Shown here piece after piece: positions 24,201 to 34,830 of a stretch of 40,145 nucleotides of DNA (position 1 is its first letter; every line of letters begins with the position of its first letter). This stretch comes from Choristocarpus tenellus KU-1152 (Eukaryota > Protista > Phaeophyceae). Made by a program: the position numbers and the translations under genes. Location of the stretch: the NCBI GenBank assembly GCA_964200185.2, contig CAXNAD020000032.1, forward strand, positions 1 through 40,145. Direction: 5' to 3'. A model generated the notes under the pieces. It worked only from the letters and a program-made list of their open reading frames with translations. It was not told where the DNA came from and searched no databases.

Positions 24201-27200
24201 AAGTATGTAGCTATCCAGAGAAGTGATCAAAATGTTTTAAAGATGATGCAATATTACTTTTATAAAATTGAAATGTTTTGTATATTGTTCGATCCACATG
24301 TCCTAAACATTGCTGACTCCTACCCTCTATTTTGCTCAAAGAGTGAAGCAGATAGGTGCTGTAGATGGCGTTTGGTTGTTGTGCTGCCTGTTCGGCTGGC
24401 CTTAGCAGTTGATTAATACTTAAAAGATCTGGTAGCGGGAAAGTGTAAAGGTTGGAATCAATGTTCATGCTTCTGCTGAGGCTGGGATTGCGTAGTTGCA
24501 AACATCTGGAACTTCAATATATTGGCATGACATTTCATACATATATTTCTAATTTTTTTTTCTCTGTGTAACAAATATTTGAATCTTCTATCTACAATAT
24601 TTTATGTTAATGCTCATACTGATACTGATATTCATTCTCACACTCATGTTCTTATTCATTGCTTATTTTCTGCGCAACCTTTGCAGGTGTCCGCTGCGTT
24701 TGCTCTGGCGGAAGAAATGGGTAAGGTGGTGTCAATCTTGGACAGCCTCTCTCTGGAGAACAGTCCCAGGGTGGGCAGCAGTGAAAGTGAAGGGCATGGA
24801 GGAGCAGAGGTCTCACCTGTGGTGACAATGAAAGCTGCTTCTTCTAAGGATAGGATGGGTATGTCTCTAGCAGAGCGCGTGAGGGAGAGGTTCCAAGCCT
24901 CCTCAGCTTCAGCAGGGGCTGGTCCTGTGTTGGTGAGCCTTTCTTTTCTCGTTTTTAGTGAGTATGTTGCCATTGTAATCATTGTCTGTGCATTGAGGAG
25001 GTTAAGATAATTTTGAAGGGCTACTAGAGCCTATTGGATCAATGTGACAAAGTGGTCAATGCATTGCTGTAACTCTGTGTTGCATTCTGTTTGAGTTGTG
25101 TATACCACTGGTATGAAATTTGGCACTGTACTTGTATGTGTATGTTTTACTGTGACAAGTCCAGTTGTATTTTTTTTTTAATACTTGTGGTGCACTTTGT
25201 TGGTATCTCTAGCTGTACCTTTTTGTTTCCTTACTGTATATTTTGTTGGCTGATTAGAATTTCCAAGTGTTGACTGATTGATTGACCAACGCCAACTAAA
25301 ATGATCTTTTACAAGCATAACCCGTAGAACAGCACAATTCATTAGAGATGTCTGTAGTTTTTTGTCCCCTTAAACATATTTTTTCATTTACTATATATTA
25401 CTTCTAAATGTGAACCAAATATTTTTGTCTGTGGTCACCAAACTTTGTGATTTTTTTTGTTGCTCAAGGGCAAGGCTACAAAGGCCACAATCAAGAAGAC
25501 AGCTGTCACTCGCAAACCAACAGCAAGAGCTGACTCGGACTTGGACTCTGATTTGGAGGACATAAAGATGGAGGCTCCCAAGGTCACTGCCAAGGTGTGC
25601 TTGGTGCTACTGTAGAGATTGTTGTGATTCCTGATCATATGGAATGAGTTGGGCTCTAGGTCATGACTTTGGTTGGGGGTAGGGTGGGAAATAGGTGTAC
25701 AAATTGGCTGTCTTTCCAAAGTTAAGGATTCTCAACCAATAGGAAGCTTGGTGGTTTAACCTTTCTTGAATACACAAATTCTGTTAAGTTGAAAAATACT
25801 TCTGAATGAGGGTATTCTTAGTGTTCACAATACTGTTGAGGTGGAGGGTAGTTGTTGTGCGTAAGGGAGGCAACTATTTGATCTATGTCTTTCTCTCTGT
25901 ATGTCTAGATATCTTTGTGGGGCAGATAAATGAGAAAAATATCCTAGATTTGGACATTCCCAATATTTTGCAGTTGATCTGTTTGAGGGGGATGCAGGTG
26001 TGGTTCTATTTTGTGATAAAGATTGTTGGAGATTTTCTTGCGTACCATAAACAAAATATCTAAAGGTACAATTTCAGTGTAACCTCCTCTTCTGCCACTG
26101 CCCCCTCCACCCAACCCCTATTATTTTCCTCCTCTGTGGGTTGTTCCTCTGTTCTTGCTGTCTTGAAGGTCAAAGTGCCAGCCAAGAGTATTAAGAGAGC
26201 AAAGGCTCCTCTACTCTCTGAATCTGATGATGACAATAGTGATGTGTTTGACAGTGGGAGTGAAGGCGAGATGGACAGCATGGACTTGGTAAGATTAAGC
26301 TGTAGTTGAACCTGACTCTGTAATCAGGTTAAACTTACTAGTCAAGACATCCTTGAATAAGATGCTTTATTGTTCCTTGACTAATGTATTTGAGGATTGC
26401 ATGAGTGTATTAACCTGATTTGTGAGGGAGGGTTATGTGTTGCGAAATCTTGTTGTAGAGACCAACTGCAGCAAGCTCGAACTTTTCCAATCTACGTGTA
26501 CACATAGCACATCAGCATGTGAAAGGTAGTATGTTGATTTGAGAATATTGTCCCCGATGAAAAATGGATGTGGTGAACTTTGAGAAGTTAACTACATACA
26601 GCCTGCGGTAGTTTGTTCTTATGATTATCTCTGCTGTTGCTTGCTTTCAACCCCACCACCCTCCTGTCACAATTGTAAGAGTATTGGAGAAACGATAAAC
26701 TTGCCGACATTAAATGTTGTTGTAAGGTGTTCAAGAAAGTATCGATAGAGTAAAGGTCTCTTGACTTATGTAACTCGGCTCAATAGTATTTTTACCCATA
26801 GGGCAGAGTAGTCTCACTGGATAGTAGTAACCCCTCATAGTGCATCTATGAGTAACTTCAAGTTTTGGACTCTCTTGCCCTCTCTTCTGCAACCAATAAT
26901 ACAAAAAAATATATCAAGCCCAAACAACATGATCTTTCACGCCTTACACAGGTCAGTGCTTATTTTGGGAGATCAGAAAGCACATGATGTCATGTTCCAC
27001 CTTTCCTGACACACTGCTCCCTTCTTTCTCATAGTTACCTGTGTTAAGGGCACTGCTAAGAGTGAGCGGGATAAACAATCTCATCAAAAGCATCATTCGC
27101 ACTTGTGGCAAAGCCTGTGCACTTGGGGAGTCAGCAGAGCTCCAAACCTTTTCCTCCATCTAAATCTTCGACTTGACTCCAGATAAATACCGCCATACCC

Positions 27201-30200
27201 ATAGTCCATTTTTTGAAAAACTGCCTCATTCCTGTCGCTATAGGTAAAGGAGGTGGTGCCAATTACTCGCCCTTCTCGACGGGCTGCTACAAGCAAGCCT
27301 GTGATTGTGGACTCTGAGTCTGAGGGGGGAGGCTATGATGAGGAGGGACAGGAAGATGGAGATGTCACTGAGTGAGACTTAGGGATGTTATTGAAACTTT
27401 TTACACTTGACAATCACCTCTTAATTGTGCGTAACGTTACTGGTGTCCTATTGTACAGTAGCATGATGTTTTTGGGCTGTTTCAGTGTCCCATGTGTTAA
27501 TGGGGAGTTGAAAAGAATATGTGTACTTACAATGTTTTTTTAGATCCAGACTTTGGTATAATTTTGTATATAATTTGAGGTTTTATGTGGGATGATACAG
27601 TCACTTTATTCATATTGCTCTTCTTAATTGTGCAAAGTACCAAAACCCCTAGGGATATGATTATTATTGTCCTATATATATGAGTACTATTGTGAGGTAG
27701 TTTTCACATATGGTGTGGTGTTCAATCAAAAGACATACATCTCAATTAACCGTAAATATGGATTTTATGATCATATGGTACAAATATTGCCCTCCATCCT
27801 TCTTTGCAATGAAATGGATTGTATGGACATGTTTTGTTGGTTGTGTTTCTCTCCTTCCGCCAGTGCTCTTGTGGACGCAAATGGGAATTGAAAGGTTTAT
27901 TCAGCCTAATTTTTCACAAGGAATCCTGCAGTGACCATCCCACATGATGGTACCTCGTGCTTCAAGAGTTATTTAAATGATCTGAAACAAGCAACCCAGT
28001 CAACACTCATACACATATAATGTAGACAACAGTTTCCACTTGTTCTGAATGGTGGAATGTCATATCCCCCTGTTGCAGAGTGAGGGCTTTTATTTTAAAT
28101 GGATGGAAATGATACTAGAGATGGAAAGTGTGATGTTGCCCACTTTTTCAATTTTATTAATGCAAATGAAGTATGTAATTTTTTCAAATTTCAAGATATT
28201 GTATTGCCAGAAGATGCAAAATGGTGCAAAAATATTTTTTGTTGTTTTTGAGGTATAAGACAGCTGATACTGTCCTATATTTAGATCAAGTATTTGTATG
28301 TAGCTTCACATATTTTCAGGCTCTGAAAATAGTTTAGAGTAGAAGGTTTGATTGTGAGTACTTGACAGTTTTAACAGAAACTTCCCCCAGGATGGACAAT
28401 TTTATGAGAGGACTTTTTCAAGGCACAGACTATTTTATTGCTACTTTTCCATAGGGACTCTGATGGTGCATTTTTACTTGATGACGAGGAGGATGACTAT
28501 AAGCCCACTCCAGCAAAGCCCAAGGCTGTTGCTTCTAAGGCTAAGACTGCTGGTACTTCCAAAGCTAAGGCATCGGCTGCTTCCAAGCCTAAGGTAGACA
28601 CTATGAAGATGAAGAATGTCTCTGCTGATGCTATGGACATTGGCGAACTTGAGGATGAGTTGCTGAGCAAGGTTGCTGTTGTGAGCAAGAAGAATGCAGC
28701 AAAATCAGCTATCAATGCAACAAAGGTACTTAATGTTTATATTGTAACTGCCACTTTTTAACTATTTACAGAAGTTGCAGATTGAGTGGTGTGAGAGATC
28801 TAAGTTAGGATCCGGGGGAAGAGAGATGCACGATTGATGAACATGATACAATATGTATCAGTTGTGATGATGAGATGGAAAATAATAGTAGATAAAAAAG
28901 ATGTGAAAAATATTCTTGATATTTGTACATCAATGTAGTCTTTGGAAACAAAGCTGGTGTGAGAGAGTGTTCAGGGGAGGATGCAGGGAGGTTAAGGGTC
29001 TATAGATAACATCAATGACCTGTGATTATTTTACCATATTGCGTGGATTTCCCCATTTTAGACTTTTTGATGAAGGGGAAGGCACAGTCACATACAAATA
29101 TGCAACGACACCAATAAGACGGTCACCTTGCACTCCTACATTGTCAAGTCTTCTTGAGTGATCCTCAGGCTCTGTGATGAATCTCTCTTGAAGGTGTTCC
29201 TTGAAGTGTATGCGAAACTTGCTCAAATGTGTTGATGCATTTTCCTCTAATAATGATACTATAGGGGAACATACGTGATGTGGTATTTTGACCATGGGCC
29301 ATTGGCGATTACCCATAGACAGCCTTCACCTCTGTGTATTCCTCCCCTTGACATGCTCTCACTAGCTGCATTAGCAGTAGACTATTGTTGCAGCATCTAC
29401 AGGGGGTTGGGGGTGGTGAGGAGTGGGGGCAGGGGGGCTTCTTATTTTTAATTATCTGTTTCTATCCTTGCTGTTATTGCATTATGAAGGTTGCGCATGC
29501 TGCAGAGCAGGACATGAAGATGGAGCATAGTGATGATGGAGAATTGAGTGATGTCTGTGATGAGATGGTATTGACCAGTGGTGCTGGGGGGGGGGGGAAG
29601 GGAGAAGCTGCTGAGATGGACAAGGCAACATTTCCCAAGTCCAAGGTACGTGTTTTGTAAACTCTTGGCAAAATGAAATAAAACACTTGAGCGGGAAACT
29701 TATTATTTGTACCTGGAATGTCGTGTAAAGAAAATATATTCTTCAACTATTATGGTTCAGCTGTTAGTATTTCTAGAGTTTTAGTGCCCTCACCCTAACT
29801 CAAACCATCCTCATTTGAAGATTTTTTTTTTTGGCAGGTACTATGCAAAAGAAAACTCTTCCAATAGAGTCTTTTCATTATGCTGTATGGATTATGTGGG
29901 TGTGTGTAGGTACAAAAAGTCAGTCATCAATTGATATGGCATACGTCACTGCATTTTCATTAGAGGCATTCTGGGGGAGATAGGCACACTACAGGACCAG
30001 ACTCCCTGGTTTTGCGACAACCATGGTGCTATTCAGGCGGGAAGCATCACAGATTTCAATGACAGGACCAAGCACGTAGACATGAAATTGAAGTGTACCA
30101 GAGAGTACGTAGATCAAGGCATATTTCACATTGAGTATATTCCAACAAGCAGTTCACAAACTTAGTTGCGTGAACTGCTGGCATTGCACATAGGTCACCT

Positions 30201-33200
30201 TCTTTTGAGAAATAAGGTACTGAACGTCATCCATCAATTTTCGGTTTCAACTAACCACAGTTCAGCCAATTGACAACTTTGCATTTTTGGGGTGTTCTTG
30301 CTCCGAATTTCTTTGTTCCTCGATGCATCTCTTCAGTAGGAGTTTACTATAATTTCTGTTGTAGTAGTCAATTTGGTAGAAGTGTTTTATGTACTCTGTA
30401 TCTATTGATAGATAAATATTGATACAGCTCCTTGCACATGTTGTGGTGTAGTTATTCCTTCTGATATACTGTATAACAAAGGGAAAGGGCATTTGAGGGA
30501 AAGATCCTTCACTATTTTTGTAATATCCTTTTTGGTTACATTTTCACTAATTTGATCTATTTCTAACATTTATTCGAATGATTAAGTCCTTGTATGCCAT
30601 TTGCTAATTCAATGCCGTTTATAGTACTTCATTTTAATGAATTTATTTTTGCTTAAATCATTATTTTAAAAAATGTTCTTGATTGCAATATCTTAACCTA
30701 CCCTAATATTGCTATCAGTATTATTTTTTTATGCAAAAGGTTAAAGCAAGGTCCTCAACAACCATTGTGTTCTTCTATAGGTAAGTACGGGGTCCTCCCT
30801 TAGAAATAGCTTGTATAATACAGTGCTATTTGTTCTTTGTTCCACGCTGAATTTTTCAATGCCACTTGTTGCCTTTCTGAATTGGTTTCTTGATGGCGAA
30901 GGTTTGTGATGACAGTGGAAATGAACAGGGTAATGATGACATATTTGCGATAGATGATAGCGACTCAGATTCCTACACTGGGGCGGCTAGGGGGGGGGCA
31001 AAAGCAAAGGGCAAGGCAAAGGCTGCACCTAAAGTCAAGGCTGCTCCTAGGGCAAAGGCAGCACCAAGGGCGAAGGCTGCACCGAAGCCCAAGGCTGCAC
31101 CAAAGTCCAAGGCAGCACCAAAGCCCAAGGCTGCTGCTAAGACCAAGGCTGTTCCCAAGGGGAAGGTAAAAAACTTTTTTGTTCTGTGTTTTTATCTTCT
31201 TTTTCTTGTATGATGCTACTTCTTGTAGATCTAAAGCTTGATGAGAGGCAATTGGGAAAATTTGAGTTTGTACAAATAGCACCCCTGACCTTATTCTAAA
31301 CATCAAAATTTAGTTGACTTGGGAACACTCATTATGTACAATTGTCACGCTATGTTATGTTGAGATGGTATAATGCTAAGAGGAGGCAAATTGCAGGTTA
31401 GGTATACCATTTTTAGGCGCACTGGTGAGTTATTCACAAGGGATAAGAGCACCAGGACACCTCCAGCATAGTTTGGTTCTTTGTGTAAGCTTTGGGGAAT
31501 TGTCAGGACAAGATGTTTCTTGAAAGTAGGTTTTGTCAAGATTATGCTTGTCCATTTGTGAGAATAACGTAAGATTCTACGTCATATTGGATGTACACAC
31601 AAATGATGTTTCAGGATGTTTGGGATATTTAGGGTTATGGTATTTGATCAGACAAAGTTCCTGTGGAATGTTAGAGTAGAGGTGTTTCTGAAGTGTCGTA
31701 GAGAACTATCAGACCATTTGGTACAGTGAGTTATTCGCTGTAAGGTTTGGTGAACCCCATCTGGTGATGGTGTCTCACTCTCTTTTCAAATCTGATGCAA
31801 GCTAATTTTATAATATTTTAACAACTGGTTGTGTGGAACAAAACATCGTCAAGAACAGCTTCACAGGTTTGTTGCCCAGACAAGGCTTTATGAATAGTGT
31901 TTGGCAGTACCGCAGTATTAATGTTGTGAATGACACCATTTTTTCTTGAGGCTCCAGGAGGAATCAATAGTTGTGCTCCTTGATAGAATTCTATTCTTTT
32001 TTACTAAGGGTAAGGCTTACTTGTGAGTATTGAAACATTGTGTGTATCAGTAAGTTTTGTGCATTCTTTGAATGAATTCCCATAGAACAATCAGTTTAGT
32101 TTTAGTGATGCTGTAATTTCCACTCTTTCCCCTCTCGTAGCCCTCCTTTTTCCTCAACCAATTTTTACTGGCAATAAACGTATATTTCAGGCTGCAGGGG
32201 GTGTTGACGCTGGGGAGGGAAAAGGAGTGAAGAGGGGGAAGAAGAACACAACAGTGGACATGGAGGGAGGAGAGGAGGACAACCTTTGCATGTTTTCTCC
32301 TGAGAGGTGAGATTTGGGATGGGGTTGCAGTTAGCTGAGTGTTTGTGATTGATGTGATGATAGTGTGCCATATTTTTTATGTTGGCCTTGTCCTTGACTA
32401 AGATTTATTGGATTGATTTAATTTCTTCTTTTTGTCAAGGTTTATTGTCGAGTGCACTATCTTGTTGGCTGGTTTGCTGTTTCTCTTTTCGGTGCATGCT
32501 AATATTACTTCAACCGTGCTCACTCCATTATGGTTGACCTCCAAATCTTTTTTGCTACAGAGTTACGGGGAGTATGCTACAGAGTGCAACAGAACAGAGT
32601 AATGTCACTCCTGTATATTGAATGTTGATTAGCTTACTGTAACAAACACTGATCTCGATTTTATACCCATGCAATGATGCCATTCAAAAGGCTTATCAAT
32701 TCCAATGGTGAAAGGGGTTTGCATTGGTTGGTCATCGCAAGGGGGGGATGACTCTTTCAAACAATAGGTGGACAGATTTGCCAGAGGTGCAAAAGGGTTA
32801 CCTCTTCGATATATATATCGGTTCTGTATTTTTTTTTTTTTTTATTAAGTGTAAACCCTATCTATAGTATGTGCTTTTTCGTAGCAATCCTGAACCTGCC
32901 TGGACATCATCCCCATGTACAGGATGTCACCTCCTACTAAGCGGGTCTCCCAGAAGACCACTCCGGCAATGGACCGCTTCAAGCCTGTTGTGACAAAGCT
33001 GCATGATAGTAGTGATGAGGACAGCCAGGAAAGGTCAGTGCTGTTGTTTTCCTGTCTGTCTTTGGATTTAGACGGTCTTTGAACATAGGGATAGATATGG
33101 TAGTGAAATAGAAATGACCAAGTAACTACTCAAGTGTTATCAATAATGCCTACTCCAGTATTACAAATGTTTGCATCACTACACTAACTATTGTGAACGA

Positions 33201-34830
33201 CTGGCGATGTAGTGTACTGTATTGATTGAAGGGTTGCTCGGACATGCGCTCTGGCTGACATGTGTCTGTGCTGAGGAGTGAGCTTTGTGAAAAGAGATTA
33301 TAGCGCTTGCTTGCAGCGGAGTGGTCTGAAAGTACTGATAGTGTGATTTTGCTGGGAACTCTGAATTATTGCACTTGCTGCTGTTTAATTAAACCATAAA
33401 ATTGCTCTCGTTTTCCGCCGCTCCAGCTCTGGGGAGGTGGTGACCAAGACCCCTAGGCCTAAGCGTCGTGGGGCCACTGCCAAGGTGAGAGCTAGGGTTA
33501 ACAAAAGAAGAAATTGATAGCCCTCATGGACGAGGACTTTTGTCTCCATAGGGTCAACAAATCAGACACCGATGTTGAGTCAAGTTGTTTGTGTCCTTTG
33601 ATAGACTTCCGGGTTTTGATGGGTCCTGGGTCGGGGCTGTGGCTGTTTAGTGCTTAGTTTGTTTTTTTACTATTTTGAGTCTCTACAGGATGTTGGTTAG
33701 TCTACCCCTACTTACTGGGTTACGGTTTTTTTAGTGCTTGTGGAATGCATGCATTGTGGATTATACTCGATACCCCAGAGTATATTCTTGGAAGTTCATT
33801 TTTGTTCTTTAACTCAACAAAAAAAATTGTACTTGTTAATGTTTTTCTTTTCCTCTGATTATGTTGTGATGTATGCTTTTCAAATTATTGCTTGTAGATG
33901 AGTACATTTTGTATGTAGGCTATGCACTTGGGACACCTGTTGAATTTTCTCCAAGGTAGGAAATTGTTTTGTTTTTTTGTGAAGTTTCCTTTCAAATAGA
34001 AAAGAGTATGGGTTTGTTCATTTCTAAGGCACAGCACGGCAAAGGGACGGACTGTGTTACTCCCAGAAAAATACCTACAATTACTGTGGATTGGATTTTA
34101 CTCTACAAATAGTATTTATATATATTGTGGAGAATGAAAACTGAAGTAGTTTCTACACATTATACTACTCTATAGAGCAAGGGTAGCATTAATTACACAC
34201 AGTGTGCCTAAAACTCAGGTGAGCTACAAGGCCATGCTGGACGGTTCAGATGAAGACAGCCAGGGTTACAGTGACGGTGATGAGAGTGATAGTGATGATG
34301 AATTTGGTAAGTCAGGGGTTTCCCAGGCATATTAAAATACTTCGAAGTAGTGGCCTATTTATGAGACTTTAAAGGGGATTTGGCATAGTCTTGTTGGCAC
34401 GTATGCCTTGTACCTAAGTACACAAAATGTTGAATGAATTAGTGGAGTACTATCAGTTGTAGATGGTTGAGGCCCAAAGTATTTGGGTGTGTGTGGCAGG
34501 TGCCCATTCGGGGCCCATTTTTCCTGGTCAGGGTCCGAATGGACACCCTGGTGTAGACGCCCCCCCTCACATACTTTGAGCCTGATGCTGGAGTTGTTTT
34601 TAATCCGATCTGGATCTAATTTTAAGCTCCCTTCAAGGCCTAATAGTTGACCATGTTTTCTGGCTTTCAACCCAGTTTGGATGCTCTTTCCCATTACAAG
34701 GTGTACTTGGTCATGATCAGAGTTGACAAACCACAAAATGATGTCTCTTTCTGACCTCCAATCTTCGGCTTTCCCCCTGTCTCCCCCTGTAAACACGTGA
34801 TTCCACTCGTCATAAAAAAATTTAGAGTGA
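3240..34830 (+). CDS. TOP2: DNA topoisomerase II (type IIA), complete, 43 coding exons, ~1858 aa
   Basis: Hand-assembled exons: 3240-3299, 4064-4223, 4624-4793, 5332-5517, 6055-6153, 6611-6730, 7304-7384, 8031-8114, 8620-8772, 9099-9277, 9521-9593, 10450-10503, 11279-11443, 11810-11927, 12282-12380, 12736-12830, 13611-13743, 14354-14466, 14915-15022, 15490-15654, 16113-16307, 17389-17499, 18950-19024, 19468-19661, 20288-20437, 20625-20745, 21050-21168, 21671-21723, 22223-22371, 22873-23010, 23789-23956, 24687-24932, 25469-25594, 26169-26288, 27244-27371, 28455-28725, 29490-29645, 30902-31165, 32191-32306, 32923-33033, 33427-33484, 34219-34306, 34826-34830 (5577 nt, no internal stops). Diagnostic motifs: [106 protein letters not shown]. 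Exon 1 and the low-complexity tail exons are less certain than the core. Confidence 0.97.
4064..9593 (+). other. TOP2: TOP2 exons 2-11: GHKL ATPase and transducer domains
   Basis: [14 protein letters not shown]; [15 protein letters not shown]; VWNDGRGIP; [12 protein letters not shown]; [14 protein letters not shown]; [18 protein letters not shown]; [12 protein letters not shown]. Confidence 0.95.
10450..13743 (+). other. TOP2: TOP2 exons 12-17: TOPRIM domain
   Basis: KLDDANDAG; [12 protein letters not shown]; [14 protein letters not shown]; [25 protein letters not shown]; EFITPIVKV; KYYK|GLGTST. Confidence 0.95.
17587..17808. mobile_element. Second, diverged copy of the same MITE-like family in TOP2 intron 22
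   Basis: Shares GGCTCAAAGTAT-G-tract and GGTCC(A/G)AATGGACAC(T/C)CTGGTGTAGAC-C-tract with 34470-34583; the TCAAAGTATCT-G-tract motif occurs twice (~17591 and ~17638). Confidence 0.55.
22495..22570. repeat. Compound degenerate (TTG/TTA)n plus (CAT)n microsatellite in TOP2 intron 29
   Basis: ...ttattgttattgttatcattatcatcatcatcatcatcatcaccat. Confidence 0.75.
26640..26900 (-). mobile_element. Possible eroded copia 3' end (pol terminus plus purine-rich tract) in TOP2 intron 34
   Basis: Minus-strand frame-shifted peptides [45 protein letters not shown] followed by AGGAGGGTGGTGGGG; composition differs from typical introns. Confidence 0.3.
29935..30150 (+). mobile_element. Ty1/copia LTR-retrotransposon RNase H C-terminal fragment in TOP2 intron 37
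   Basis: Open frame from 29941: [70 protein letters not shown]; matches the copia signature (T...CDN..AI.........RTKHID.......RE.V..G......YIPT). Confidence 0.88.
31019..31162 (+). repeat. Coding 18-bp tandem repeat x8 in TOP2 exon 38, encoding KAAPKx
   Basis: [48 protein letters not shown]. Confidence 0.92.
34470..34583. mobile_element. MITE-like element with 13-bp terminal inverted repeats, in the last TOP2 intron
   Basis: AGGCCCAAAGTAT (34470-34482) and ATACTTTGAGCCT (34571-34583) are reverse complements with one mismatch; flanks GATGGTTG / GATGCTGG match 6 of 8; related copy at 17587-17808. Confidence 0.55.

Larger units (their letters stand above)
23789..34830 (+). other. TOP2: TOP2 exons 31-43: low-complexity C-terminal domain (~620 aa)
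   Basis: Purine-rich, stop-free blocks bounded by AG/GT with matching phases; alternating K/A-rich and S/D/E-rich peptides; NLS-like PKKKKG; ends ...SDSDDEFE*. Confidence 0.8.

Noticed and set aside
24312-24374. Branch-point, pyrimidine tract and AAG acceptor at 24341 suggesting an extra exon
   Set aside because: The nearest AG|GT gives a 14-nt frameshifting exon and the longer reading ([11 protein letters not shown]) is unlike the tail; exons 31 and 32 already join in frame.
29170-29240. Possible intronic C/D snoRNA (GTGATGA box), likewise at 13378, 21010 and 28864
   Set aside because: No properly spaced CTGA D box with terminal stem; TGATGA is common in these TG-rich introns.
30185-30492. 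Minus-strand peptide [14 protein letters not shown] resembling a retroviral-type integrase helix
   Set aside because: Too short and flanked by stops; no D,D35E spacing recoverable by eye.
31019-31162. CRISPR array or horizontally acquired bacterial algP fragment
   Set aside because: Units are contiguous with no spacers, lie in frame in a spliced exon, and no cas genes are present; low-complexity similarity does not show transfer.
28497-31306. Ala/Leu/Phe-rich minus-strand ORFs (28497-28715, 30973-31158, 30965-31306) resembling membrane or antifreeze peptides
   Set aside because: They are reverse complements of the Lys/Ala-rich TOP2 tail exons.
32882-32922. TAG acceptor at 32884 for exon 40
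   Set aside because: Leads to a premature stop; the CAG at 32922 keeps the frame through the following exons.
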